The position numbers were made by a program, and so were the translations under genes. From sequence record KX009778: 64,000 nucleotides of DNA; one strand, 5' to 3'. This DNA is from Escherichia phage UFV-AREG1. Below are positions 18,622-27,832 of this stretch, piece by piece; within the stretch, counting starts at the first letter, position 1; every line of letters starts with the position of its first letter. The notes beneath the pieces were generated by a model that was not told the origin of the DNA, ran no database searches, and saw only the letters and a list, made by a program, of their open reading frames with translations.

Positions 18622-19602
18622 TTATTTCAGAAGAGTAACCTCAGCGATTTCTTCCCAACCGTTTTTGTCGGTCATAATAAAGTCAGCAAGATAAAGAGCA
18701 GTACGCAGTGAAACATTGCGTAAACGATTAACATTGACTTTCATCCATGATAATGCTTTATAAGTTTCTTCATCAGAAAGACCGCGCTTTTGCATCATGT
18801 CGGTTGAAAGAATAACATCTTCAACCCTGACCATAATTTCTTCATTAGTGTGAACACCCAAATCCAAATAAACTGAGCGGGACACCAATGCTTGTAAATG
18901 TGGAGCAAGTTTAGTACCACGGTCTAATTCGCGGTCAATGTCAACGTTTGTGATAAAAACAATCGTTCCTTTAAATTCAAACTCACGCTCAATGCCTTTT
19001 TCTTCTAAGTAAGAAGACGCAGTACTCCAGCAGACTTTACGGGTCTCTCCAGTGTCCAGAGCGGCTTTTAGAAGATTAAGAATGTCCATATCAGAGAAAA
19101 CATCCACATCATCAATCAAAAGGACAGAATTCTCTTCACGATTATTCCAAAGCTGCTCATAAAGACCAATACCAGAGATTTTACCATTAATGCTTTTATA
19201 TTCAATGTATCCAATATCATTTGCTTTATTTAAAGCTTTATCTAAAGAATACGTTTTACCAATACCTGCTGCGCCAGAGATAATTAATGAACGAATATTT
19301 CCATTAATAATACCATTCGTCATCATTCCCATAACATTAAATCTTTTATTAATGCGGGTTTTCATATCTTCATATGATTCTTTAACTTCTTCAACTTTTA
19401 CACCATCATATGAAATATCTGATTTGTAAACCCAAACACCGCGACGTTTACCGTCAATTTCAACAAAAACTTTACCATCTCCTTGTGCATCTACCGGAGC
19501 ATTATCTGGGAACCATTCGCCTAAGAGCTCAAAAGTTCCAGAGATTTCTTTACCGAAGTAGATACCCTTATTGATAGTTACAGTTTTCATTTTATTCTCC
19601 AA
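18622..19602 (-). CDS. P-loop NTPase (AAA-like ATPase) with ~110-aa N-terminal domain
   Basis: Walker A GAAGIGKT, Walker B VLLIDDVD, downstream TIVFITN; own early promoter. Confidence 0.75.
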   Translation of the reverse strand: MENKMKTVTINKGIYFGKEISGTFELLGEWFPDNAPVDAQGDGKVFVEIDGKRRGVWVYKSDISYDGVKVEEVKESYEDMKTRINKRFNVMGMMTNGIINGNIRSLIISGAAGIGKTYSLDKALNKANDIGYIEYKSINGKISGIGLYEQLWNNREENSVLLIDDVDVFSDMDILNLLKAALDTGETRKVCWSTASSYLEEKGIEREFEFKGTIVFITNVDIDRELDRGTKLAPHLQALVSRSVYLDLGVHTNEEIMVRVEDVILSTDMMQKRGLSDEETYKALSWMKVNVNRLRNVSLRTALYLADFIMTDKNGWEEIAEVTLLK

Positions 19603-19625
19603 ATCCGTATCAGTAGTTGATAGTT

Positions 19626-19657
19626 GTATAGTACCATAAAGCTTTATGCTTGTAAAC
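19626..19657 (-). promoter_or_regulatory. Early promoter within conserved promoter-stem-loop unit
   Basis: Same GTTTAC-18nt-TACTATAC architecture and leader upstream of ATPase gene. Confidence 0.6.
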
Positions 19658-19687
19658 CGTTTTGTGAAAAAATTTTTGAAAATAAAA

Positions 19688-19706
19688 GGGGGACCTCTAG
19701 GGCCCC
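19688..19706 (-). terminator. GC-rich hairpin terminator
   Basis: GGGGACC-tcta-GGGCCCC region with T-rich flank on minus strand. Confidence 0.5.
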
Positions 19707-19717
19707 TTTGTGTTGAT

Positions 19718-20203
19718 TTATTCCATTTCTACTATGTGCATGTTCTTTTTGCTATCAAAATATATGTTTTTAACTATTAACTCAGAATTAATTGGCAGTA
19801 AAAACTCTCTTTCATAATCTACCATGCAAAGATTATCATAAAGCTTGTTAAGCTTATCATCGTCAGTTTGACCAGATTCTTCAATTGCGATTAAATTTTC
19901 TAAAATGTCAATCATAGCAGTCGAATAGTCGAAAACGTTTGCATTTTTTAACACTACTAAAACATTAGTCATATAGCGTTCTGCCGCAAACGTTTCAGCT
20001 ATATGAGACTCACTGCTAAAGGAAGTTATTCTTTTAAATTTGATTCTCCTATTAACTTCAAACTTATAAGATAGCACTTCCTCTATTGTAAGTCCTCTAA
20101 AAAGTGTGTCTTTAATCTCAAGTTTGTCTTTAATGTAATCATTAACACGCTTATGATTAAAATCATTAATTTTGTTGCCAAGGCATTGCATTAAAATATG
20201 CAT
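19718..20203 (-). CDS. hypothetical protein (161 aa)
   Basis: ORF track; terminator hairpin downstream. Confidence 0.6.
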   Translation of the reverse strand: MHILMQCLGNKINDFNHKRVNDYIKDKLEIKDTLFRGLTIEEVLSYKFEVNRRIKFKRITSFSSESHIAETFAAERYMTNVLVVLKNANVFDYSTAMIDILENLIAIEESGQTDDDKLNKLYDNLCMVDYEREFLLPINSELIVKNIYFDSKKNMHIVEME

Positions 20204-20307
20204 TGTATTCTCCTCAATTTTTAAAGAGCAATTAATTAACTACACATATATTATAATATGCTTTGCGGCAGAAGTAAACAACTTTGTGGCGTCATTTTAA
20301 ACAAAAA

Positions 20308-20325
20308 GGGAGCCCGAAGGCTCCC
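20308..20325 (-). terminator. Hairpin terminator after nucleotidyltransferase-fold gene
   Basis: Perfect 7-bp stem GGGAGCC-cgaa-GGCTCCC followed by TTTTT on minus strand. Confidence 0.65.
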
Positions 20326-20327
20326 TA

Positions 20328-21341
20328 TCATTTATAATAACTTCGGTGGTTTTCAAGATAAACCTTCTCAAGGAAATCATCCCAAAAACCCATGTCTACT
20401 TTTTGCTGCATACCGTTCTTAGAAGCTTCAATGGATGCTGCTTCTACTTGATCGACCACATCTTCCAAAAACTCTTGAACAGTTTTAAATGGATGTTTAC
20501 CCAGCTTCACGTCGAGAATAAACGGAGCATCTTGAAGTGGATAGACTAAGTCACCAGTTTTGTAAATTTCCAATAGTTGGAGTCCACCACGACAAGCATG
20601 ACTCAATGCTTTCCAGTCAATACCTTCATTCGCTTCAGCCTTACGAGCACGTTCACCGTATTCGGCATCAAGTTTATTCAAAGACTGCTTAAGCTCAATA
20701 AGAGAAAGTGTTGTCTGATATTTACGACCCAACACAGTGTAGAACGTTTGTGGACCGGTTTTCTCATGATTATGGAATACCCATTCACAGAATTCGTTCT
20801 CTGGAAGACGATGCTTAATATCTTCAACTTTAGTGCGACGTTGCTTAATGGAACCGTCTTCTTGGTAATCAACCCATTGCTCAGGGATTTGATTAACTAC
20901 TTTCAATACATCACGCAATGCGGCCAAACGAGAACCCTTAACACCATATTTAGAAGCTTGCTTGCGGACATATCCTAAATAGGATTTCATGTTAGTCGTA
21001 TAAAAACGAGAACGATTGTCTTGAATAAACTTCCATACATCAGGCAAATCAGATTTAACTACCAGTTCAGGTGGAGTGTGAAGCATATCCAATGCTACAG
21101 TTTCACCATCTGCTGCTAATTTAAAGAAATATTTAAGACTGTATAGTTCATGGTCAATATCATCTTTAGTGTTTTTAGATGATGTGTTGTTCGTGTTTTT
21201 ACTCATATGCTCTTTAACATTTCCGATAAGAATATCACGAGCAGGAGGAACAAAGATTTCTTTAAAATCTACATCAGATTCTGGAGTAGAAGTTCCATAA
21301 AGATGACTACCAAAATAGCTTTTCATTACTGTTTTCATCAT
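20328..21341 (-). CDS. Pol-beta-superfamily nucleotidyltransferase-fold protein (337 aa)
   Basis: Canonical hG[GS]x10DxD motif YFGSHLYGTSTPESDVDF near N-terminus; further acidic residues downstream; terminator after stop. Confidence 0.7.
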   Translation of the reverse strand: MMKTVMKSYFGSHLYGTSTPESDVDFKEIFVPPARDILIGNVKEHMSKNTNNTSSKNTKDDIDHELYSLKYFFKLAADGETVALDMLHTPPELVVKSDLPDVWKFIQDNRSRFYTTNMKSYLGYVRKQASKYGVKGSRLAALRDVLKVVNQIPEQWVDYQEDGSIKQRRTKVEDIKHRLPENEFCEWVFHNHEKTGPQTFYTVLGRKYQTTLSLIELKQSLNKLDAEYGERARKAEANEGIDWKALSHACRGGLQLLEIYKTGDLVYPLQDAPFILDVKLGKHPFKTVQEFLEDVVDQVEAASIEASKNGMQQKVDMGFWDDFLEKVYLENHRSYYK

Positions 21342-21790
21342 TCAGCCTTATATTCAATAACAGGACACACTTTAGCTTTACGGGCTTTTAAAAATTCGAC
21401 GATAATAGATTTCTTAGGTTGAATAGGAGGTAAACCTTTATACGCCCTATCAATATTTTCTACATGTAAAGCATAATCCTTTTTCCATTTATAATCTTTA
21501 TATTTTTCACGCAGTTGTGCAGGAATAACAAATGAACCAATAATAAGTAAAACAAGCAAAATGGCAAGTATAAATGCTGATGGAATAAGAGTCCATAAAC
21601 TACCAAAAATAAGCCAACGTTGTAAACTTTCTGCGCAGATAATAGTTAGACCTGCGAGTATAGTACATCCGAAAAAAAGAAACGAAAAATGTAGGAATAA
21701 CAATAGACCAAAAATACGCGCATAGTGTCTTAGGTCGTTTCCATTCATCATTAAACATTTTGAATAATTTATAGTGCCAAGAGCTTTCAT
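21338..21790 (-). CDS. membrane protein (about 3 TM helices)
   Basis: 150-aa ORF with hydrophobic segments; stop/start overlap with upstream gene. Confidence 0.6.
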   Translation of the reverse strand: MKALGTINYSKCLMMNGNDLRHYARIFGLLLFLHFSFLFFGCTILAGLTIICAESLQRWLIFGSLWTLIPSAFILAILLVLLIIGSFVIPAQLREKYKDYKWKKDYALHVENIDRAYKGLPPIQPKKSIIVEFLKARKAKVCPVIEYKAE

Positions 21791-21802
21791 TAATAATCAT
21801 AA

Positions 21803-22324
21803 TTATCCTTTCATTGAAGGTGTAACGGTTGTTAAATACTTAATCATAGCTTCAGCTTCTGATTTTGATAATGAAATTTCTCCATTGTTTTGACGAATAG
21901 AAATAAAATCCGGATGACGGTCACCGCCCGCTTTCAAAACACACATATAGGTATCAGTTTCATCTTCAATATTTGAAATAATTGAAGCAGTTCCGCATGA
22001 ATGCGGTTTTTGATAAATCAATACGGCTTTTCTTCCACCGTTTGACTGTTCATAAACTTTTAACACATCAAACAAATCACTTCTTTTATCAATAGCTAAG
22101 ATGTTATTTTCATCTTCAATGTTAAATCCTTCGGATACTTCATAAAGCGTCACCCATAAATCACCTATATCGATAGTAGCATTTACTTTTCCATGACTTT
22201 CAAGAGCACGGCAAATTTTCTTGATTTCGTCATAACTCATTTTAATAATATCATCTCCTTGAATAAGGAAGATGTCATTTTTAAATTCAACACGAATTAA
22301 ACCACTTTCACTTGAAATAAACAT
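21803..22324 (-). CDS. hypothetical protein (173 aa), paralogue of next ORF
   Basis: C-terminus SKSEAEAMIKYLTTVTPSM resembles TKDEAIALKTYLDSVIPTM of 22331..22888. Confidence 0.6.
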   Translation of the reverse strand: MFISSESGLIRVEFKNDIFLIQGDDIIKMSYDEIKKICRALESHGKVNATIDIGDLWVTLYEVSEGFNIEDENNILAIDKRSDLFDVLKVYEQSNGGRKAVLIYQKPHSCGTASIISNIEDETDTYMCVLKAGGDRHPDFISIRQNNGEISLSKSEAEAMIKYLTTVTPSMKG

Positions 22325-22330
22325 ATTTCC

Positions 22331-22888
22331 TCACTTTGAAATCATAGTTGGAATGACAGAATCAAGATAAGTCTTTAGCGCAATAGCTTCGTCTTTGGTA
22401 AATGTGACAATATGTGATCGAAAATCGTCAATTTGGCGAATAGTTAAGACATCTCCCTCTTCATAACATTTTGATACATTTAAAAGAGTTTCATCATTCT
22501 GATTGCAAGCGTTAGTAATAATAGCATTGCAATTTTTGAGCCATTTTAAACTATGTTTTCTTTCATTAGAATAATAAAAATATTTAATCTTAGCTATAAA
22601 ATTATCCCAATTATTAATTGATAAGCATATCGACTCGCTTTCAATATTAAATCCTGGGCATAAAGAATAAAAATGAATTTTATGCTCATCATTAATGTTT
22701 ACAATTTTATCAGTATAAGGTTTTTCAATTTGGGTTAAATGAATAATTTCGCTAGGCGTAAAATATAGCATATCGTCTTCTTGCGTCAAACGATACATAT
22801 TATTTACTTTTTCTATAGCCAATTCACCAAAAAGTGAACTAACTTCTAATACTAATCGTTTCATATTGATTCTCTTTGACTCACTCAC
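22331..22888 (-). CDS. hypothetical protein (185 aa), paralogue of previous ORF
   Basis: ORF track; shared C-terminal motif. Confidence 0.6.
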   Translation of the reverse strand: MSESKRINMKRLVLEVSSLFGELAIEKVNNMYRLTQEDDMLYFTPSEIIHLTQIEKPYTDKIVNINDEHKIHFYSLCPGFNIESESICLSINNWDNFIAKIKYFYYSNERKHSLKWLKNCNAIITNACNQNDETLLNVSKCYEEGDVLTIRQIDDFRSHIVTFTKDEAIALKTYLDSVIPTMISK

Positions 22889-23054
22889 AATTACATACTC
22901 CTTTGAATAATATCAATAATATTGTTCACCAAATTATAAGTAAACATTGGGTAATTATATTGAATCATCACATACACAACAAACAAAACTTTCATTCTCT
23001 TCTCCTTGGCAGTTGGCAAAATTACTATACCATAACCTTGCCAACTTGTAAACC

Positions 23055-23228
23055 ATTAAATGACGTTTTCAATAAAATTCTGGAGTTTTGTGTGAGCATC
23101 AACCATGATTTTCATTTCTTCCTTTGCGAAAGCTATACCTCTTTCCCGAGAAGAACGCTCATAGTCAGAAACTGCATTAGCATATTCTTCAATTAGCTTC
23201 ATTAAAAACATCTGCTTTTCAGTTTTCA
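23055..23228 (-). CDS. hypothetical small protein (~58 aa)
   Basis: Manually read ORF MKTEKQMFLMKLIEEYANAV; below ORF-track cutoff. Confidence 0.3.
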
Positions 23229-23413
23229 TTATTCCACCTAATCATTTCAAGATATTGAACTAACTTAGCTTTGGATTTATCCAAATCCTTTTTAGCCGCT
23301 TCTATACCATCGTATGAATATCCTTCACAATGCTCAACTGCCAATTGGTATGAATCTATTTCAATATCACGTGCTAATTTAATGATTTTTTCAAACTGTT
23401 CACGTGTTAGCAT
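23219..23413 (-). CDS. hypothetical small protein (64 aa)
   Basis: ORF track. Confidence 0.45.
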   Translation of the reverse strand: MLTREQFEKIIKLARDIEIDSYQLAVEHCEGYSYDGIEAAKKDLDKSKAKLVQYLEMIRWNNEN

Positions 23414-23415
23414 AC

Positions 23416-23619
23416 TTAAACTCTCGTATTATGATCGATAATTTCATCAAGAAACATATCTAAAGCTTCTACAGCATTATCAACTTTAGCTTCAAGTTCT
23501 TCAGCGCCTTTATTTGCAATGCCTGCCGAAAACCAAGCAAAGTCACTAAGTTCCTCGTCTGCTTTGCGAATTAAAGCTACCAATTCTTTAATTTTATCTG
23601 CTTGTTCGATACTAATCAT
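23416..23619 (-). CDS. hypothetical small protein
   Basis: ORF trimmed to internal Met [12 protein letters not shown]. Confidence 0.45.
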   Translation of the reverse strand: MISIEQADKIKELVALIRKADEELSDFAWFSAGIANKGAEELEAKVDNAVEALDMFLDEIIDHNTRV

Positions 23620-23807
23620 TATTCCACCACATATGAAAGAGAGAATATTGCACACGCCATATGAGTTGCAGCTTCATCACACATATCATAACGTTTCTTA
23701 AGAAGTTCTACAAGCTCTTCACTGGTAACTTCATCCATGTCGACGAAAAAATCACCATTAATGATGACGTAGATATTTCCTTCTTGATTAAGTGCTTCAA
23801 TTTTCAT
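23619..23807 (-). CDS. hypothetical small protein
   Basis: ORF trimmed to Met [10 protein letters not shown], downstream of early promoter with GAGGAG SD. Confidence 0.45.
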   Translation of the reverse strand: MKIEALNQEGNIYVIINGDFFVDMDEVTSEELVELLKKRYDMCDEAATHMACAIFSLSYVVE

Positions 23808-23833
23808 GATGTTCTCCTCTTTATCTGATGGTT

Positions 23834-23865
23834 GTATAGTATCACAGCTCAAATGGAAAGTAAAC
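23834..23865 (-). promoter_or_regulatory. Early promoter
   Basis: Minus strand GTTTAC-18nt-TACTATAC; preceded by terminator hairpin. Confidence 0.55.
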
Positions 23866-23881
23866 CGGTAAAATGAAAAAA

Positions 23882-23897
23882 GTCTCCCGAAGGAGAC
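23882..23897 (-). terminator. Hairpin terminator
   Basis: GTCTCC-cgaa-GGAGAC followed by TTTTTTCATTT on minus strand. Confidence 0.6.
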
Positions 23898-23902
23898 TAA
23901 TG

Positions 23903-24289
23903 TTATTCGAGGGAAAGAAGATATTTACTTTGATAAAACATTCCAGTAATATCATCTATCGTGCTTTGAATGGCTGGAGGCATTTCTTTGTAAATGCTGT
24001 TAGATTGGTCTAATATGCGATCAATCATTTTAATTGTGTCGGTAGGAAGTTTACTGGCATCCGGAATTGACGGCGTGTATTTTCTACCAGAATACCCCAA
24101 ATATTGCTCACCAAATTTATCAATCAAATCTGGTAACTCAGAGAAAATAAAATCGTATGCTTTGTGTCTAGCATAACTTTTAGTTTCAAAATGCGCAGAA
24201 TGAAAATAAGCTTGTGCGGCCATTAATAAACCTAAGTATTCATCTGCCTTTGAAGGTTTTCCACTTTGTGAAAAGTCGCTGAATTTCAT
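23903..24289 (-). CDS. hypothetical protein (128 aa) adjacent to rI
   Basis: ORF track; overlaps rI by 4 nt. Confidence 0.6.
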   Translation of the reverse strand: MKFSDFSQSGKPSKADEYLGLLMAAQAYFHSAHFETKSYARHKAYDFIFSELPDLIDKFGEQYLGYSGRKYTPSIPDASKLPTDTIKMIDRILDQSNSIYKEMPPAIQSTIDDITGMFYQSKYLLSLE

Positions 24290-24579
24290 TCAGTCTCCAA
24301 TTTAATGTTCATAATTCTAGCGTATGATTGTGCCATCTCCGCGCCTCGCTCTATACATTCAAAATCGGAAGAGCACGGGTCATTTTTATAGGTCGTTCTC
24401 ATAAAACTATAGAATTGTTCAGACGATTCTACGCTTTTATTTTCAAAAAGTGTATAAACGTGCCTAATACCAGATTCCATAAATTTATCAAAATGAGGAT
24501 CGACATTCGCTTCAATCGATGGAGATAAAACAAATGACAATCCTAGCATGGCAAAAAGTGCCGTTGCTTTTAAGGCCAT
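24286..24579 (-). CDS. rI: Lysis-inhibition regulator RI (signal-anchored periplasmic protein)
   Basis: 97-aa ORF with N-terminal hydrophobic signal MALKATALFAMLGLSFVLSPSIEA; size and position next to tk match T4 rI. Confidence 0.8.
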   Translation of the reverse strand: MALKATALFAMLGLSFVLSPSIEANVDPHFDKFMESGIRHVYTLFENKSVESSEQFYSFMRTTYKNDPCSSDFECIERGAEMAQSYARIMNIKLETE

Positions 24580-24591
24580 AAAGGCCTCCTA

Positions 24592-24804
24592 TCATTTTTG
24601 TCCTGTATTTACTTTATGCCGGTGCACGGCCTTAACTTTATCAAGGTATTTTTCAAAATTTCGCAATCTAGTATAGTCTGCCGGAGATTGGTTGAGTGAT
24701 ACTTCTCGACGCAAAGCTGAAATGATATTTCCAACTTCCCTACGAATTTCATCTAATTGAAGAACAGTAAGATTGCGAAGTTGCTTTTCAGTTAATTGCA
24801 GCAT
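24592..24804 (-). CDS. hypothetical protein (70 aa)
   Basis: ORF track. Confidence 0.5.
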
Positions 24805-24846
24805 ATATACCCCTTTAGTTAGATAAACCTATTTATAACTTTTACA

Positions 24847-25428
24847 CTAACCGAGCTTTTTAGTTAATTCATTCCAATGTTTTCTGCACAAAGAAACATA
24901 AATTTCATCACCAATACAGATTTGATTACCTTCTTTAACTGGTGTTCCATCTTCCATTAATCGAGCCGTCATAATAGCTTTTTTACCGCAATGACAAACT
25001 GCCGTTAGTTCAATAAGTTTATCTGCAATCGCCAAAAGTTCTTTAGAACCTTCAAATAATTTTCCAGCGAAATCAGTCCTTAGTCCATAAGCCATAACAG
25101 GAACATTATATGTATCAACAATTCGGCTTAATTGATGCACCTGTTCAGTTTTTAAAAACTGAGCTTCATCTACAAATACGCAATGAATATCTTTTTGTGC
25201 TTCAGCCCATTTATAGAACTCGAAAATATCCATATCATCTGTAATAATATTCGCTTCCTGTTTAATTCCAATGCGAGAAACGACTTCACAGACAGAATCG
25301 CGAGTATCAATAGCAGGTTTAAGAACTAATACACTCATTCCGCGTTCTTTATAATTATGCGCAGCAGTCAAAAGAGAAGCAGATTTTCCAGCATTCATTG
25401 CTGCATAAGTAAAAATTAAACTCGCCAT
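24847..25428 (-). CDS. tk: Thymidine kinase
   Basis: 193-aa ORF with P-loop AAMNAGKS and C-terminal Zn-ribbon cysteines; matches recalled T4 Tk. Confidence 0.92.
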   Translation of the reverse strand: MASLIFTYAAMNAGKSASLLTAAHNYKERGMSVLVLKPAIDTRDSVCEVVSRIGIKQEANIITDDMDIFEFYKWAEAQKDIHCVFVDEAQFLKTEQVHQLSRIVDTYNVPVMAYGLRTDFAGKLFEGSKELLAIADKLIELTAVCHCGKKAIMTARLMEDGTPVKEGNQICIGDEIYVSLCRKHWNELTKKLG

Positions 25429-25429
25429 C

Positions 25430-25618
25430 TTAGTCCTTAGTTAAATTTTCTAAATATGTTTCTAAATCATTTTCAGCTTTATCGATAGATTTTACTAATT
25501 CGTAGTATGTTTCAGCATCTCCATAATCCGAAGCCAATTCAAAAGATAAATCTCGTTCTAAACTAATAATTTCGCTGATTAAAAATCGTATTTCATTCTT
25601 TTGTTCGCGAGTAATCAT
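25430..25618 (-). CDS. hypothetical small acidic protein
   Basis: ORF track. Confidence 0.5.
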   Translation of the reverse strand: MITREQKNEIRFLISEIISLERDLSFELASDYGDAETYYELVKSIDKAENDLETYLENLTKD

Positions 25619-25821
25619 AAGGAATCTATATAATCAATAAGTTCTTGTTCTTTATCGTCTAAATCTTTACACAGTTCTTCATATTCATCGGTATTAAAAG
25701 GACCGCATTCATCACAAACTTTTTCCAATTCATTGTTTTTATCCATAACTTCATGAATAAGAGAAAACAGTCGGTCTTTTTGTTCTTTACTTAAACTCAT
25801 AACCATGTCACCTTTAAGCAA
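25615..25821 (-). CDS. hypothetical small acidic protein
   Basis: ORF track. Confidence 0.5.
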   Translation of the reverse strand: MLKGDMVMSLSKEQKDRLFSLIHEVMDKNNELEKVCDECGPFNTDEYEELCKDLDDKEQELIDYIDSL

Positions 25822-26009
25822 TATTCTTCTACGTGTTGTTTACGTTTATTTTTATCTATAAAAGTATATTCAACATATTCGCCGATATACCATTTATCGG
25901 TGTTGTGTTGACTTTTTATAGGGCATTTAGTTACTCGTGTTTCGGTCCAGTGTCGAATAATTTCCGCTTTATTTTTAGGATCAAACGGATGCGGGTAATG
26001 TACTTTCAT
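25797..26009 (-). CDS. hypothetical protein (70 aa)
   Basis: ORF track; overlaps both neighbours. Confidence 0.45.
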   Translation of the reverse strand: MKVHYPHPFDPKNKAEIIRHWTETRVTKCPIKSQHNTDKWYIGEYVEYTFIDKNKRKQHVEEYCLKVTWL

Positions 26010-26460
26010 AATCCACCACTATTAAATCAATATCAGGAGTAAACATGTCGATTAATTTAGAAACCTTATCCCAATCACCGCCAGCAATACCACAACCTAT
26101 GCGTGGAATGTAAATTACTGGTTTAAACAAAAGGGTTTCTGCCTGTAGATTTAATTCTATCATGCAGTTTACTAAAGCACCATAATCAAGATTAGGACCC
26201 GGTTCGTATTGTGTATACAGGTTATAGCATATACCAAATCCTGTAGGATTATGTTTAAAAACAATAGACATATCGCCTAATTTATCACGAGAACCGTACT
26301 CAGTAGTGGTTTTATCTATTTCTAAAATTTTAGGATAGGCTCTTGCTAATTGACCCGCTACACCTGAACCCATAGTATGAAAACAGTTGCACCCGTGCGC
26401 AATAATATTACCTTGAAGAAATAGGGCGACAATATCGCCCTTGATATATTTTACAATCAT
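25981..26460 (-). CDS. Macro-domain protein (putative ADP-ribose binding or hydrolase)
   Basis: 159-aa ORF; KGDIVALFLQGNIIAHGCNCFHTMGSGVAGQLARAYP resembles macro-domain GDI...NAAN...GGGV signature. Confidence 0.6.
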   Translation of the reverse strand: MIVKYIKGDIVALFLQGNIIAHGCNCFHTMGSGVAGQLARAYPKILEIDKTTTEYGSRDKLGDMSIVFKHNPTGFGICYNLYTQYEPGPNLDYGALVNCMIELNLQAETLLFKPVIYIPRIGCGIAGGDWDKVSKLIDMFTPDIDLIVVDYESTLPASV

Positions 26461-26798
26461 CTAGTACTCAATCCTCGATTATAAGAATCTACCAAACGGT
26501 CAACCATTGAATGACAAGCGGCTTTATCTTTCTCCTCCGCAACTGAACATTCTAAGGTATTCCACTTTTTAGCATATCGTTTTAATAAAGTATCGTTCTT
26601 GTATCTACTTGTTTTATCTCTTTCTCCGTCTTTATATGCATATATTAATTTCTGCGCAAATTCAGCTTGGCATGCTTTATTTTTCCCACAATAATCCGCG
26701 GCAGTACGGTTTACATACTCTCTAACTTCAGAATATGATATATCTGCTAACGCAGAAAATGAAATTAATCCTACACATAAAACCAAAATTTTAGTCAT
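26457..26798 (-). CDS. secreted Cys-containing small protein
   Basis: 113-aa ORF with signal peptide MTKILVLCVGLISFSALA and four Cys. Confidence 0.6.
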   Translation of the reverse strand: MTKILVLCVGLISFSALADISYSEVREYVNRTAADYCGKNKACQAEFAQKLIYAYKDGERDKTSRYKNDTLLKRYAKKWNTLECSVAEEKDKAACHSMVDRLVDSYNRGLSTR

Positions 26799-27336
26799 TT
26801 ACTATTTCCAAAAGTTTATTATTTTTAAGGTAGTTAGCCTTTTCTAGGACTTCAGAAGCATATTTAGAACCAGCTTTAACATTCCATCCCGAGTTATAAG
26901 AGGATATAGCTTTTCTTATATCACCCTTATGTATATTTAACCAATAAGAAAGTTCAATGTACGCCCAGGAAGCTGAATTGGACCGTTTATTCAACATTCT
27001 TTTTATTTCGGCATCGGTCATATTATAACCAAGTTCCTTAACTCTTGCTCGCATGGTCGGCAAATAATTTTGGAACATTCCGTAGGCATGATGCTTTGGT
27101 TTAGATTTTAAATTAACTCCGGCAGAGCTTTCTTGCCATAAAATAGCAGCCATTATATGACCTAATCCGCTTTTATGGATATTTTTGTGTGTTTTATATT
27201 TTCCATCCTTAGAAAATTGTTCCCCGAATTGATACGCGTAACGCATGTTATCGAGTTGGACATTACTGAAAGTATGCTCGGAGCTATGCGCCATCATTGA
27301 AATGGCCAATAGACCAGCGAGTAGTGCTTTTCTCAT
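26791..27336 (-). CDS. secreted lytic transglycosylase-like protein (SLT domain)
   Basis: 181-aa ORF with signal peptide and SLT-like motifs WQESS and AYGMFQ. Confidence 0.6.
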   Translation of the reverse strand: MRKALLAGLLAISMMAHSSEHTFSNVQLDNMRYAYQFGEQFSKDGKYKTHKNIHKSGLGHIMAAILWQESSAGVNLKSKPKHHAYGMFQNYLPTMRARVKELGYNMTDAEIKRMLNKRSNSASWAYIELSYWLNIHKGDIRKAISSYNSGWNVKAGSKYASEVLEKANYLKNNKLLEIVND

Positions 27337-27343
27337 GCTTACC

Positions 27344-27805
27344 TCATTGAGTTTTAATTACTGCTTTAGAAGCCTTTCCTGGTAAACGACGACTGTTGAT
27401 AATGGCCATCCTACATTGAAGTGACGGGTCTTTGAACTTCGCATTGGGTTTACAAACTGTAAATCCAAGCCAAAGATTTCCATCTGTGATTTCTAAACGC
27501 CCAGGACGATATTCAACCCCATCAATAAAATCCTCGTCAATGTCAGGACGCGGAGGCATACTCAGGAATTCATTAACTTCTAAAACATGGTCTTTTATTT
27601 TATGGAATAATTCAAAAACATATGTCTCATCAATCTCCCGTTGAATTGCACGATCAAGAAGATGCTGAGAATATTTTAGATGAAACGATGAGACCCCTGC
27701 TGCTTTTGATGCCTCACGAATCTCATTGTTAATTTGACGAAACTCCGACTCAAAGTGACGACGGAGCTTATTTCGACGGATAAAAACTTCTGTGTTGATA
27801 GTCAT
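27344..27805 (-). CDS. regB: Endoribonuclease RegB
   Basis: 153-aa ORF MTINTEVFIRRNKLRRHFESEFRQ; matches recalled T4 RegB; early promoter upstream. Confidence 0.9.
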   Translation of the reverse strand: MTINTEVFIRRNKLRRHFESEFRQINNEIREASKAAGVSSFHLKYSQHLLDRAIQREIDETYVFELFHKIKDHVLEVNEFLSMPPRPDIDEDFIDGVEYRPGRLEITDGNLWLGFTVCKPNAKFKDPSLQCRMAIINSRRLPGKASKAVIKTQ

Positions 27806-27832
27806 GTTATTCTCCTCTTAACTGATAGAAAA

